A stretch of DNA of 64,000 nucleotides, from assembly GCA_964016885.1 (NCBI GenBank), contig OZ024765.1, positions 2,232,001 through 2,296,000 on the forward strand. The letters are read 5' to 3'. Positions 44,212 to 59,924 of the stretch are shown piece by piece. The notes below the pieces were generated by a model. The model saw nothing but the letters and a program-made list of their open reading frames with translations, was not told where the DNA came from and ran no database searches. A program made the position numbers and the translations under genes. Every line of letters begins with the position of its first letter. Positions within the stretch are counted from its first letter, which is position 1. Origin of the DNA: Eledone cirrhosa (Eukaryota).

Positions 44212-44314
<103 letters not shown>

Positions 44315-44489
44315 ATATGTATGCATGTATGTATATATACACTCAATATATACTTATATATAGGTATGGATAGATATATACACACACATTGATATATATA
44401 TATACATAAATACATATATACATGTACATAGTGTCGCAAAAGAACAGCATTCTAATAAATAAGTGTACACATTTTTGGGACACCCTGTT

Positions 44490-44619
<130 letters not shown>

Positions 44620-44742
44620 GGAGGTGAGTTTTATTGTAGTACAATAAAGCAATGCAGATATCGGATAAGAAGCACTCTACAGTTTGTAGGACTGGAGTAT
44701 AAATAATATATAAGATCAAAAGATGGTTAAAAGAGTTCCATG

Positions 44743-44813
44743 TATTTTATTATGCGCATTTCAAAAACAAATATCATCATGCGATGACATTTGCGTTTTC
44801 GTCAGATAAAATA
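44743..44813 (-). ncRNA. Type-I hammerhead ribozyme motif (matches 34896)
   Basis: Reverse complement of the 34896-34966 motif. Confidence 0.75.
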
Positions 44814-44866
44814 GGGAGACATGATATGAAGGTTAAAAAACACTTGTGGATAGTGCAGTTTTACAT

Positions 44867-44923
<57 letters not shown>

Positions 44924-45061
44924 AGAAACGAAATGAGGTGTGTAGTTACTGTAAACAAAGTTTAAGCTGTTAATATGGACGAAACAAGAGAAGAAAGCCT
45001 TCATCAGCTGTAAACCGCAGATCCGAGATGTTTCGGCGCCGCGGTTTACAGCTGATGAAGG

Positions 45062-45115
<54 letters not shown>

Positions 45116-45270
45116 CGAAGGAAATGTGGTAAGGAACCAAGTGGACAATAACGCACCAAAGTACTCAATACTTAGGGTAGTAGAGTGGGTAATAGGAACC
45201 AGTAAGACCCCGACGGCTGAGAATTAGCCGTCGAAACGGCTTGAGCTCAGCCGTCGGGGTCTTACTGGTT

Positions 45271-45307
<37 letters not shown>

Positions 45308-45394
45308 ATAATAATAAATGTGACGACTAAAATCCGAAGAGGGCTCAATAAGGATAATATATATATATATATATAGATAGATAGTATACACATA

Positions 45395-45431
<37 letters not shown>

Positions 45432-45562
45432 ATAGTAGGCATATATATAGCATACTGGTTAGGCATGAATATAAATATATATATAACACTATAGGATACA
45501 CAATATTAATATACGCATTCTTCTTCTATAAGCATTATTACTACTACAACTACTACTACTAT

Positions 45563-45604
<42 letters not shown>

Positions 45605-45897
45605 AACTACTACTACTACTACTACTACTACACAGTCTACTACTACTACTACTACTACTACTAGTACTGTTGTTGTCCAGTGTGGTCAATACTACAGCTG
45701 TCTGCGGGTTTCTGACCATTTTAGTTTAGTGACAGGAATAGCTGACAGTCTGTGTAGCTGACAGCACCACCACCACCACCACCACCACTACCACCACCAC
45801 CACCACCACTACCAGCAGTACCACCACCACCACCACCACCACCAGCACCACCACTACCACCACCACCACCACCACCACCACCACCACCACCACCACT

Positions 45898-45928
<31 letters not shown>

Positions 45929-46014
45929 CTACCAGCACCACCAGCACCACCACCACCACCACTACCACCACCACCACCACTACCACCACCACTACCACCA
46001 CCACCACCACCACT

Positions 46015-46045
<31 letters not shown>

Positions 46046-46309
46046 CCACCACCACCACCAGCACCACCACCACCAACACCACCACCAACACCACCACCAC
46101 CACCACCAACACCACCACCACCACCACCACCAACACCACCACCACCACTACCACCACCACCACCACCACCACCACCACTACCACCACCACCACCACCACC
46201 AACACCACCACCACATCATTATATATAAATTTTCTCAAATATTTCAGACGCTCGCTACAATGTTTTACCAAACACATACAACTTGATATTGCTTTGTATA
46301 AGACTCACT

Positions 46310-46427
<118 letters not shown>

Positions 46428-46502
46428 CTATCCAGGAAGCTCCAACCGTTGAGGTTGTCTTTTTTTCCGGGTATGTCAATATTTATTTATAAAACAAATC
46501 TG

Positions 46503-46568
46503 TATTTTATCTGATGAAAGCGCACCATGATTTGCCTTGGTTGCCCTTGAAATGTGTATAATAAAATA
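46503..46568 (+). ncRNA. Type-I hammerhead ribozyme motif (TATTTTAT family)
   Basis: tattttat CTGATGA aagcgca...tgccctt GAAA tgtgta TA ataaaata. Confidence 0.7.
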
Positions 46569-46853
46569 AGTATGGTTTTATAGATATAGTTTCCATTTAT
46601 TAATATATTGTGTATTTACTCCACTAATTTGTTGAGTGCTTTATATTAGTTATAAAAAAATGTTTAAGCTTGTTGAATCCTAACAAATTAAATATAACCT
46701 CTGCATATATATATATTAGAAACTGAGGTGTTTTTTTACAAAATGAAAAATAACGGAGGTGTCCTACACGAGTGAAAGTATAAAGAAAAAGAGATGAAAT
46801 CGAAAATGCAACTGGAGTCTTATTTAAAAAAATATATATATATTTATTTGGTT

Positions 46854-46891
46854 CCTTTACCGGTTTCGCAGTTCTTCTGCTTTTCAAAAGT
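46854..46891 (-). ncRNA. Hammerhead ribozyme motif with U3:A8 variant core (copy 2)
   Basis: Minus strand: ctt TTGAAAA gcag aagaa ctgc GAAA ccg GTA aag. Palindromic ACCGGT stem III. Element spans 46716-46910. Confidence 0.7.
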
Positions 46892-46921
46892 AGAGTTGAG
46901 ATGGATGGTTTGTATATATAT

Positions 46922-47016
<95 letters not shown>

Positions 47017-47252
47017 GAGAGAGAAATATATATATATATAAGCAGAAGGGATATTCAATTTGTTGGCAATTCAACAAATATAAATGTTTATAACTGATTC
47101 AGAGCACTCGACAGTTTTCTGGAGTATAATATACAATGATATTAAATAAATGGAAACTATATTTATAAAACCATATTTATTCTATTATATATATTTCAAA
47201 GGTTACAATATATATATATATATTTCTCTCTCACAACCCTCTCACTCTACCA

Positions 47253-47303
<51 letters not shown>

Positions 47304-47319
47304 ACTCTCTCTCTCTCTC

Positions 47320-47361
<42 letters not shown>

Positions 47362-47867
47362 CTCTCTCGCAGTTACTCTCCCTCTCTCTCAGTTACTCTC
47401 TCTCTCTCTCTCTCTACCTCTCTCTCCCACCTGTAAGAAATAACATCACACGTTCTTTGTCTTAGTACAAGAAGCACCAGACAAGGAAACCGAGGTGAAA
47501 CTGAGGAGACTGCGCTGGTTCCTGCATGTCTAGCGAGAGACGCGACAACGTCGTCCATTATTCTGCAATGGACGCCATCTTTGAAATCTTTACACGTGAA
47601 TGTGGTGGTGGGGAGTGGAAGTAAGGTCGGGGTTGGGACTACGCATCTGTTCTGTGTTTATATATGTGTGTGTGTGTATGTGTGTGTGAGTATATATATA
47701 TATATACATATATATACATATGTATATATATATGTGTGTGTATGTATATATAAATATATATAATATATATTTTTGTAATATATATATATATATATTTATA
47801 TATACATATATACATATGTATATACATATATGTATATACATATGTATGTGTACATATGTATACATAA

Positions 47868-47902
<35 letters not shown>

Positions 47903-47933
47903 GATATATGTATATATATATATATGTGTGTGC

Positions 47934-47998
<65 letters not shown>

Positions 47999-48033
47999 TA
48001 TATATATAGATATATGTATACATATATATATAC

Positions 48034-48110
<77 letters not shown>

Positions 48111-48124
48111 TATATATATATAGA

Positions 48125-48187
<63 letters not shown>

Positions 48188-48381
48188 CTCTCTCTTTGTC
48201 CATGTCTTTGTTATATTAAGATGCTTTATAAATAACTTAAGTTCACCTGTTAACCATATTCTACAGACATACATACACATATATTTATATAAACATATAT
48301 ATACATACATATATAAACATATATATACATACATATATAAACATATATATACATACATATATAAACATATATATATATATA

Positions 48382-48432
<51 letters not shown>

Positions 48433-48529
48433 ATATATATGCATACATAAATAAACATATATATATATATATATATATGAATATATATATATATGCATAC
48501 ATATATAAATATATATACATATATATATG

Positions 48530-48803
48530 TAGAGGTACGCTGCTCCAGTGGTAGGTGTGTTAGATTACGATCAAAATGTCGTGGGTTCGATTCCTGGGCT
48601 GGGTTATGTGTTGTGTTCTTGAGCAAAACACTTCATATTGCTCCAGTATACTGAGCTGAAAATGAGTACCAGTAATAGCTGGGGGTTTAACCCTGTGATG
48701 GACTGGTGTCCTGTCCAGTGTAGGGGGAGACTTGTGCTCTCAGTCGCTTCATGCTATGAAACTGGGATAAGCACTGGTCAAATGAGCCTTCTGACTTAAG
48801 ACA
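48530..48803 (+). mobile_element. tRNA-derived SINE family B (near full length)
   Basis: A-box-like CCAGTGGTAGG and B-box GGTTCGATTCC. Body TTCTTGAGCAAAACAC...AACCCTGTGATGGACTGGTGTCCTGTCCAG...GTCGCTTCATGCTA, ending in short TTAGA-like repeats. Confidence 0.8.
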
Positions 48804-48822
48804 TACTTTAGACTTAACTTAG

Positions 48823-48860
<38 letters not shown>

Positions 48861-49056
48861 AACAAGTAGGACCCCGACGGCTGAGCTCAAGCCGTTTCGA
48901 CGGCTAATTCTGGACGGCTAAGTCCAGAATTAACCGACGAAACGACTTCAGCTCAGCCGTCGGGGTCCTACTCGTTCCTATTACCCACTCTACTACCCTA
49001 AGTATTGAGTACTTTGGTGCGTTATGGTCCATCTGGTTTCTTACCACATTTCCTTC

Positions 49057-49144
<88 letters not shown>

Positions 49145-49146
<2 letters not shown>

Positions 49147-49175
49147 CATTTCGGACATCAGTCCTTCGTCAGAAG
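49145..49175 (-). ncRNA. Minimal hammerhead motif truncated by (TA)n
   Basis: Minus strand: ctt CTGACGA a ggac tgat gtcc GAAA t GTA, then a TA tract. Related to 50407. Confidence 0.55.
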
Positions 49176-49253
49176 TTAGAATAAAAGATATAGGTTGAAA
49201 TCGAAAGATCGAGTGAAATGAGGAGGCAATGCAAGAAACATTTTTGGAGAAAA

Positions 49254-49322
<69 letters not shown>

Positions 49323-49631
49323 AGGAAGTGCAACTAAAGAAGGGAGAGAAGCTAACAGTCTGTTTCACGCTGTTGGCGATCAACAGAGCCCCGCACTCCC
49401 CCGCCTTCGCCAAAAATTATAGGAGCTGGATTCTTTTTGAATTCCAGTAAAACTATATTATACATACATTCATGTATACATCGCTATTTCAGAGCTCCAT
49501 TCCTAATATATATATATATATATATAAACATGCGTGTGTGTGTGGGGGGGCTGTGTGCATATGTATGTAAGTTCAGGGTTATGTGGGTACATTAACAGTA
49601 AGATAACGTATATGTGTGTGTGTGTGTATAT

Positions 49632-49662
<31 letters not shown>

Positions 49663-49739
49663 AATATATATATATGTGTGTACTCATATATATACTGTTC
49701 GAAGTCCAGTATTGTCTTAGCATTCACGACAATGGTAGC

Positions 49740-49809
<70 letters not shown>

Positions 49810-49907
49810 TTAACAGTGTTGGTGATAGCACGGGTGGTGGGGGGAGAGCTGACGACGGTAGAGATAGTGAAGTTGTCTAAGACAGAGAAAGAGAGAGAGA
49901 GAGAGAC

Positions 49908-49962
<55 letters not shown>

Positions 49963-49983
49963 CAGAGAGACAGACAGACAGAC

Positions 49984-50019
<36 letters not shown>

Positions 50020-50406
50020 GTTTCCATATAAGGACATAAGTGAATCATTTGTCGGCCTCTTATCTTTACATGGTCCCACACAGTCAAACATGGGGCAGGG
50101 CGGTGTGTCGGCTGAAGTATATTGTACCAAACAGTAGGACTCAATATCTATAGCCATGTACCTTATATGTTATAGTCTAGTTCTTCTTACAGTTAATAAG
50201 CAAAAGAAAAAATATACACAAATAATCTCTCTCTCTCTCTCTCTCTCTCTCAATATATATACATATATATATAGAGAGAGAGAGGGTATCAGCACCAACT
50301 GTTTTGAAAGAGATGTCAACATGAATGGACCTGTTACTTTTATCTAAAGACATTTTCTCCAATTCCAACCCGCCCGTCCCCTCAATCTATCTTATTTATC
50401 ATTCTT

Positions 50407-50442
50407 TCTTCTGATGAAGGACTAGCGTCCGAAACGTTAAGA
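50407..50442 (+). ncRNA. Minimal type-I hammerhead ribozyme motif
   Basis: tctt CTGATGA a ggac tagc gtcc GAAA c GTT aaga. Loop-less palindromic AACGTT stem III (dimer type). Confidence 0.7.
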
Positions 50443-50651
50443 CCCTCTTCCTGCTAAATCAAGCGTTAACCTAATATATACCTTCCATATACTGTAACGA
50501 TTGTGTTGTTATTTCTGTTTACCTTTTACATATATATATATATATATATATATAGGAACCAGTAAGACCCCGACAGCTGAGCTCAAGCCGTTTCGACGGC
50601 TAATTCTGGACTATATATATATATATGTATATGTATATATATATATATGTA

Positions 50652-50730
<79 letters not shown>

Positions 50731-51183
50731 TTCGTTTCTGAAAAAAAAATTATATATATATATAAATATATATAATTTTTTATTAAATAACCCCCTTTTT
50801 CTATATATATAAATTTTTTTTAAATAACCCCTTTTTCTATACTTTCTTCTAAATTGTCTGCCCCTGCGTAAACTCTTTTGTTATATCCCCATAGGAAAAG
50901 CAGAAATTTTAAAGCTTGTTGAATCTCAACAAATTAAATATAACCTCTGCATATATATATATATATAGTTTTAATATAGATGAGATTTTACAGGACTAGA
51001 ACTGTTTCATTCTTTAGAAATCATCAGGAATCTGGCTGTCCCCAAAAAAATTTGTGGTATTTATATCTTTTCAGGTGGTAGGAGAGGGTGGGGAGTGGGA
51101 TGGGTGGAGGTCATTGGTTGAAAGAAATATATATATATATATATATGTGTGAGAAAAACCACAGACCCTCCATCTCAACTCTA

Positions 51184-51217
51184 CTTTTGAAAAGTAGAAC
51201 TGCGAAACCGGTAAAGG
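51184..51217 (+). ncRNA. Hammerhead ribozyme motif with U3:A8 variant core (copy 3)
   Basis: ctt TTGAAAA gtag aa ctgc GAAA ccg GTA aagg, then AATAAA. Element spans 51146-51355. Confidence 0.6.
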
Positions 51218-51393
51218 AACCAAATAAATATATATATTTTAAAAAAAATAAGACTCCAGTTGCATTTTCGATTTCATCTCTTTTTCTTTATACTTTCACT
51301 CGTGTAGGACACCTCGGTTATTTTTCATTTTGTAAAAAAACCTCACTTTCTAATATATACGGCTTGAGCTCAGCCGTCGGGGTCTTACTTGTT

Positions 51394-51431
<38 letters not shown>

Positions 51432-51635
51432 TGGTGGTCATCGATCTGTCTAGTTCGTTTGTCTACCAGCATATCAGGAAAAATTATACATTTACTATGT
51501 ATTTTGTCTGAGGAGAACATGTTTTGCTTTATTTAATACATAAAACTTTGCATCTTCGAAATATATATAATGAAATAAATAGAGATGATATAAAGTATAT
51601 AACTTTCGTTTATTACTAATATATATATATATATA

Positions 51636-51715
<80 letters not shown>

Positions 51716-53239
51716 TATATATATATATCCAACCATAGACGTAATACGCATTTCTATGGTGGCATGATGTTATAACGCCATTTCTGACGAACAAGAAGAA
51801 TGAGAGGAACACTAGTTGCTATATCTAGCCTTATAGGAGAGGACTGAAGAAGAAGAAGAAGAAGAAGAAGAAGAAGAAGAAGAAGAAGAAGAAGAAGAAG
51901 AAGAAGAAGAAGAAGAAGAAGAAGAAGAAGAAGAAGACGACGAAAAAGAAAAAAAAAATTGAAGAAGAAAAAGATGAAGGCAAAGAAGAAGAAAAAGGCG
52001 AAGATGATGATGAAAAAGAGAAACAAAAATGAGAAGAAAAAGAAAGATGAAGAAGTAAAAAAAATCTTGTCGAAGCATTTCGTGGCGCTCAATGAGTTGA
52101 AGTATTTGAGTGAAGTATCCTTGTCAGTGATAGCTTAAAACCACGCCTACTCGATCTATGGGAGATATCTTTGATATTACTACACATATATATAGAGGGA
52201 CACATATACATATATATACGTACGTATATATACATATATATATACGTACGTATATATATGTATACCTATATAGAGAGAGACATACCGTACATATATAGAT
52301 ATATATAGAGGGACACATATACATATATATACGTACATATATATACATATATATATACGTACGTATATATATGTATACGTATATAGAGAGAGACATACCG
52401 TACATATATAGATAGATATATATACCTATATACATACGTACGTTTATACATACATACATATACACATACATACATATATATAGAGAGATATATAGAGAGA
52501 GACACATATACATACATATACGTACGTTCATACGTACATACATACATATATACGTTTGTACATACATACATACGTACATACGTACAAACATACATACGTA
52601 CGTAAATAATACATACTTACATATATACATACATACATGCATACATACGTACATACATACATACGTATATATACATAGAGATATATAGAGACACACACAT
52701 ACATACATACATACGTACGTACATAAATATACGCATATATATATGTGTCTGTGTGTTACTGTGTATATGTGTGTGTGTGTTTGTTTGTATATATATACGC
52801 AAGTGTCTAAGTGTGTGTTTTCTTTTACACACACGCACACACACACACACATATAAATATATATGCATTTGTTTCGATATATATATATATATATATACAT
52901 ATATAGTGATACATATGTATACATACATTTTGTTAAACTTTGGGTGTGTCGTGTTACCTATAAAATCACACGCACCACTGATTTTCACTTCAGGTTTATT
53001 ATTACTAAGTTAGCTAATATCCTCCACTGTTAGTTTACTGAGAGATCAGTGATTTAATTGTAGTATTTAATTGAGTAAATTGTGAAAGGTCTTTCGTCAC
53101 ATATATGTCACCTTCTCAATGATTGTTGACACACTTTTCTGTATCTCCCTTTGATTTGATCTTGTTCTATTTTACTCAATTTTTTTATTTTTTTTCTGAT
53201 GTGTATATGACCTGCGCATGCGTGTAACGTACTCATCTG

Positions 53240-53670
53240 GCAGCATTTTCCATGATCAGTTTCAATTTCGCCCTTGATACATTATACACCCTGATCCCGT
53301 CTATTTCGTGATATACAGATAACTGTAACCTGTGTATGAAGAATTGTATATGTCTGGTTCAGTTCTGTATCCTGAACCTGGCTATATATACTTTTTTTCC
53401 ATGATAGGTTTCAATTTTGCCCTAGCTCCTTTGTATACCCGGAACCTGATTCTTTACTTGTATCTAGAGTACTTCATATAGTGATTGAAGTGGTGTATAA
53501 GTCCCTCAGCCATTTGTACACCTTCATGATGTCACCTTTGTATACCGCGATCTTGTCTTTTGCTATGATAGGCTCCAACTTTGCCCTGTCTCATTTGTAT
53601 ACGCGGACACTGATCTCTGCATGTATCCGGGACACTGCATGTAGTGGATAAATTGTTGTGTGTCTCTCTA
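53240..53670 (-). pseudogene. Decayed coding segment with three ~50-55 aa repeats (RVY...RAKL.(P/L)I(M/I))
   Basis: Minus-strand peptides ISVRVYK*DRAKLEPIIAK, IRFRVYKGARAKLKPIMEK and GIRVYNVSRAKLKLIMEN. Stops and frameshifts are present. Confidence 0.5.
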
Positions 53671-53679
53671 ATTCTTTAA

Positions 53680-54700
53680 CCCTTTAGCATTTACATTACT
53701 CTATATATACTATTGTATTTTCACAGTAAAGGCTTTACCTCACATAATATCTCACATAACATTTACATTACTCTATATATACTATTGTATTTTCACAGTA
53801 AAGGCTTTACCTCACATAATATCTCACATAACATTTACATTACTCTATATATACTATTGTATTTTCACAGTAAAGGCTTTACCTCACATAATACCTCACA
53901 TAACATTTACATTACTCTATATATACTATTGTATTTTCACAGTAAAGTCTTTACCTCACATAATATCTCACATAACATTTACATTACTCTAGATATACTA
54001 TTGTATTTTCACAGTAAAGGCTTTACCTCACATAATATCTCACATAACATTTACATTTCTCTATATATACTATTGTATTTTCACAATAAAGGCTTTACCT
54101 CACATAATATCTCACATAACATTTACATTACTCTATATATACTATTGTATTTCCACAGTAAAGGCTTTACCTCACATAATATCTCACATAACATTTACAT
54201 TACTCTATATATACTATTGTATTTTCACAGTAAAGGCTTTACCTCACATAATACCTCACATAACATTTACATTACTCTATATATACTATTGTATTTTCAC
54301 AGTAAAGGCTTTACCTCACATAACATTTACATTACTCTAAATATACTATTGTATTTTCACAGTAAAGGCTTTACCTCACATAACATTTACATTACTCTAT
54401 ATATACTATTGTATTTTCACAATAAAGGCTTTACCTTACATAATATCTCACATAACATTTACATTACTCTATATATACTATTGTATTTTCACAGTAAAGT
54501 CTTTACCTCACATAATATCTCACATAACATTTACATTACTCTATATATACTATTGTATTTTCACAGTAAAGGCTTTACCTCACATGATATCGAATCTATG
54601 ATATACCTTATCATCAGTATGAGTGGCCAGTTATGGCCGGTTTGAACTGAAGGAGGTGAGAGAATTCTGGCCGGATATGGCCGGTTTAAATGCTAAAGTG
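53680..54700. mobile_element. TTAA-flanked piggyBac-type MITE containing a 72/60-bp satellite
   Basis: TTAA|CCCTTTAGCATTTA ... TAAATGCTAAAGTG|TTAA. About 13 tandem units starting at 53688. Confidence 0.85.
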
Positions 54701-55097
54701 TTAATATCACACATACGGGACAAATATTCCATAAACCATACCAGGTCTGCCATTAAGTATCTTAAAATTTATATTATCTAAAACTGGTGAACTCGGGTAG
54801 ATCAGCTAGGTAGAAGCCATGGGTTTAGCGTAATACAAATGGAGAAGTTGCACTTTGTTGTACCAAGCTTCCTGTCTTCTACGTTCTGTGTCTAAGACAG
54901 GTAGATAATGCTTAAGGTTTTGGGGTAGCATATCTATAATTCGAACTCCTAAGAGGAAGGTATCAGGAGAAATATCAGCCTGACAAGAAATCTTCAGTAC
55001 CTGAGACGTTATAGAATCTATCAACGAAAAAGAAATGTAAATATTTCGAGCAAAATATCCTTTTCAAAACTCAGAAAGCCGTAACCGATAAATATGG

Positions 55098-55218
<121 letters not shown>

Positions 55219-55292
55219 GCGCGTATATATTTATATAATATCTATCTCCATCTCTCTCTCTCTCTATATATATATATATAAATATATACACA

Positions 55293-55340
<48 letters not shown>

Positions 55341-55391
55341 TTTTAATATAGATGAGATTCTACAGGACTAGAACTGTTTCATTCATTAGAA

Positions 55392-55433
<42 letters not shown>

Positions 55434-55564
55434 ATATACACCCATATATTACATATATATATTACATATATATTTATATGTATATATACATATATTACAC
55501 ACACATATATATATATATACATATATTACGCACATATATATATCCATATATTATATATGTATAC

Positions 55565-55701
<137 letters not shown>

Positions 55702-55763
55702 TTATACGTATAATTATATATATACACGTGTATATATATATGTGTATATATACATATATATTC

Positions 55764-55836
<73 letters not shown>

Positions 55837-56213
55837 TACCATTAATAACAACTTCAGAACTTCTCCCCAATTATTATTCGTATTTTACTGGTACGTATTG
55901 ACTGAGAATTCACTTCACATTTCAATGTTCCATATATACATGATATATACATAATAATATAATATATACCATATATAAATAAATAATTTTATATAGTTAT
56001 GTATTCATATATAGATATATATGTGTGTGTGTCTGTGTGTGTGTGTGTATTTATATACACCGATATATATATATATATATATATATAAGATTATATATAT
56101 ATATGAATGAATATATATATATTCACATACATCATACATACATATATACATACATACATACGTACACATATACATACAGAGAGAGCTATATCTATAACAT
56201 ATCATACACATCA

Positions 56214-56319
<106 letters not shown>

Positions 56320-56338
56320 ATTTATATAAATATATATT

Positions 56339-56371
<33 letters not shown>

Positions 56372-56418
56372 ATTTATATAAATATATATTTATATATATA
56401 TATATTTATATATATATA

Positions 56419-56487
<69 letters not shown>

Positions 56488-56773
56488 ACAGTTATATATT
56501 ACAAATCTACATTATATGCAAGAGTAAATCTTTCTATAAGTTTTCCGCACGAGATTCTCCCAATGTTCCGAGACTCAGAATTGATATGCATAGTATATAT
56601 ACACAGAAACATATATATACACACACACACATATATATATATATACACACACACACACATATATATATATACACACACACACACATATATATATATACAC
56701 ACACACACACATATATATATATACACACACACATATATATATATACATTATATATATATATATAATATATATA

Positions 56774-56829
<56 letters not shown>

Positions 56830-56865
56830 GATATATATATAATATATATATATAATATATATATA

Positions 56866-56903
<38 letters not shown>

Positions 56904-56939
56904 TATTATATATATATATTATGTATATATCATATGTTA

Positions 56940-56988
<49 letters not shown>

Positions 56989-56996
56989 AATTAAAT

Positions 56997-57037
<41 letters not shown>

Positions 57038-57071
57038 CAAATTAAATATATATATATATATATATGAATAT

Positions 57072-57102
<31 letters not shown>

Positions 57103-57122
57103 AATATATATATATATATTTA

Positions 57123-57179
<57 letters not shown>

Positions 57180-57191
57180 ATATATTTAATT

Positions 57192-57261
<70 letters not shown>

Positions 57262-57262
57262 C

Positions 57263-57321
<59 letters not shown>

Positions 57322-58153
57322 GAGCTCATCCTAACATGTGTGGCCGGTGATTGAACAAAATTTCGTTATAATGGTATTCGTTATAACAGAATTTTATTTG
57401 TAGTAAAAATAGTACTGTAGAAATGTCGAATATATAGTAATAGTACTGCGTGTGTGGGGGGGGGGTCTGTGTGTGTATGTGTATTTGAGTGTGTGTCTGT
57501 GTGTCGATGTGTGTGTGTGTGTGAGTGTGTGAGTGTGTGTGAATGTGTGAGTGTGTGTGTATGCGTGTGTGTGAGTGTGTGTGTGTGTGTGTGAGTGTAT
57601 GTGAGTGTATGTGAGTGTGTGTGTGTGTGTGTGTGTGTATGCGTGTGTGTGAGTGTGTATGCGTGTGTGTGCGGGTGGGTGTATGTGTATGCGTGTGAGT
57701 GTGTGAGTGTGTGTGTGTGTGTGTGAGTGTGTGTATGCGTGTGAGTGTGTGAGTGTGTGTATGCGTGTGAGTGTGTGAGTGTGAGTGTGTGTGTGTGCGT
57801 GTGTGTGTGTGTGAGTGTGTGTATGTGTGTGAGTGTGTGAGTGTGTGAGTGTGTGTGTGTATGCGTGTGTGTGAGTCGCTACAGGAAGATGTAGTATTGT
57901 AGAAATGTAGAAAGACCAATGGTGATGTTGGATTTGGTCGGTGTTCTGTTGTACAGACACACAGACACAGGTATAGAGAGAGAGGTGGGTAGAGGGAGAG
58001 AGAGGGAGGGGGTAGAGGGAGAGGTTGTAAGAGAGAGAGGTAGGAGCGTAAGAGAGAGGACGAGAGAGAGAGAAAGAGATAGGTGGCTTGATAGAGAGGG
58101 CAAACGGAGAGATAGAGTTTACAGGCAGGCTCACTCACACGCTGCTATACGAG

Positions 58154-58209
<56 letters not shown>

Positions 58210-58723
58210 GGGGGGGGGGTAGAAAGAGCGGCAGATAAAAGAGTATGATTTACAAGCAAGCTCACAGAGAGAGAGAGAGAGATATATATAGATATAGACA
58301 TAGAGAGGGAGAGAGAGAGAGAGACATACACAGATATAGACATAGACATAGAGAGGGAGTGAGAGAGCGAGAGAGTCAGATATAGACATAGAGAGGGAGG
58401 GAGAGAGAGAGAGAGAGAGAGACAGATATAGACATAGAGAGGGAGAGAGAGACATACACAGATATAGACATAGACACAGAGAGGGAGTGAGAGAGAGAGA
58501 GACAGATTAGACATAGAGAGGGAGAGGGAGAGGGAGAGAGAGAGAGATATAGATATAGAGTGAAAGAGAGATAGATAGAGATAGAGAGAGAGGGTGTCGG
58601 GTTTACAGGTAGGTTCACACACACAACTATACGAGATGGAGAGATAGAGGGGGAGTTGGTTTTACAAGCAGGCTTAGACACACACACACATACATACATA
58701 CACACACACACATACATACATAC

Positions 58724-58754
<31 letters not shown>

Positions 58755-59025
58755 TACATACATACACACACACACATACATACATACACACACACACATA
58801 CATACATACACACATACACACACACACACACACACACATACATACACACACACATACATACACACACACACATACACACACATACATACACACACATACA
58901 TACACACACACATACATACACACACACACATACATACATACACACATACATACATACACACACACACATACACACACATACATACACACACACATACATA
59001 CACACACACACATACATACATACAC

Positions 59026-59060
<35 letters not shown>

Positions 59061-59133
59061 CATACATACATACACACATACACATACACACACACACACA
59101 CATACATACACACACACATACATACACACACAC

Positions 59134-59180
<47 letters not shown>

Positions 59181-59504
59181 TACACACACACATACATACA
59201 CACACACACATACACACATACACACACACACACAGAAAGAAACATACACACACTCACACACACACACATACACACACACACTCACACATACACCTACACC
59301 TACATATATATATATATAGAGAGAGAGAGATAGTTGGATTCACAGGCAGGCTCACACACACATACACATACACACACATACACATACACCAACACACACA
59401 CACCAACACACACACATACACCAACACACACATATATATATACACACACACACACCTATATATATACAGACACACACACACACATATATATACACACACA
59501 CACC

Positions 59505-59535
<31 letters not shown>

Positions 59536-59688
59536 CTATATATACAGACACACATATATATATATATACACATACACACACATATATGTCAATATATTGG
59601 TTGTTTCTGTGATTCAGGCGTTGTTGGAACGAAGAACTGGTAAGGTGTAGACACGGACGGGCATATATAATATATATATATATATACA

Positions 59689-59741
<53 letters not shown>

Positions 59742-59858
59742 ATATATATATGTATATATATATATATATATATACAATATATATATATATGTGTATATAT
59801 TAACATAATATATGTATATATATATAAAACAAAATATTAACAATCAAATTTTTGTTTA

Positions 59859-59924
<66 letters not shown>

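Noticed and set aside
48530-48610. tRNA gene
   Set aside because: A/B boxes are present but there is no cloverleaf, and the sequence continues into a multi-copy SINE body.
53713-54645. 310-aa repeat ORF
   Set aside because: 72/60-bp satellite inside a MITE; open only because the unit lengths are multiples of 3.
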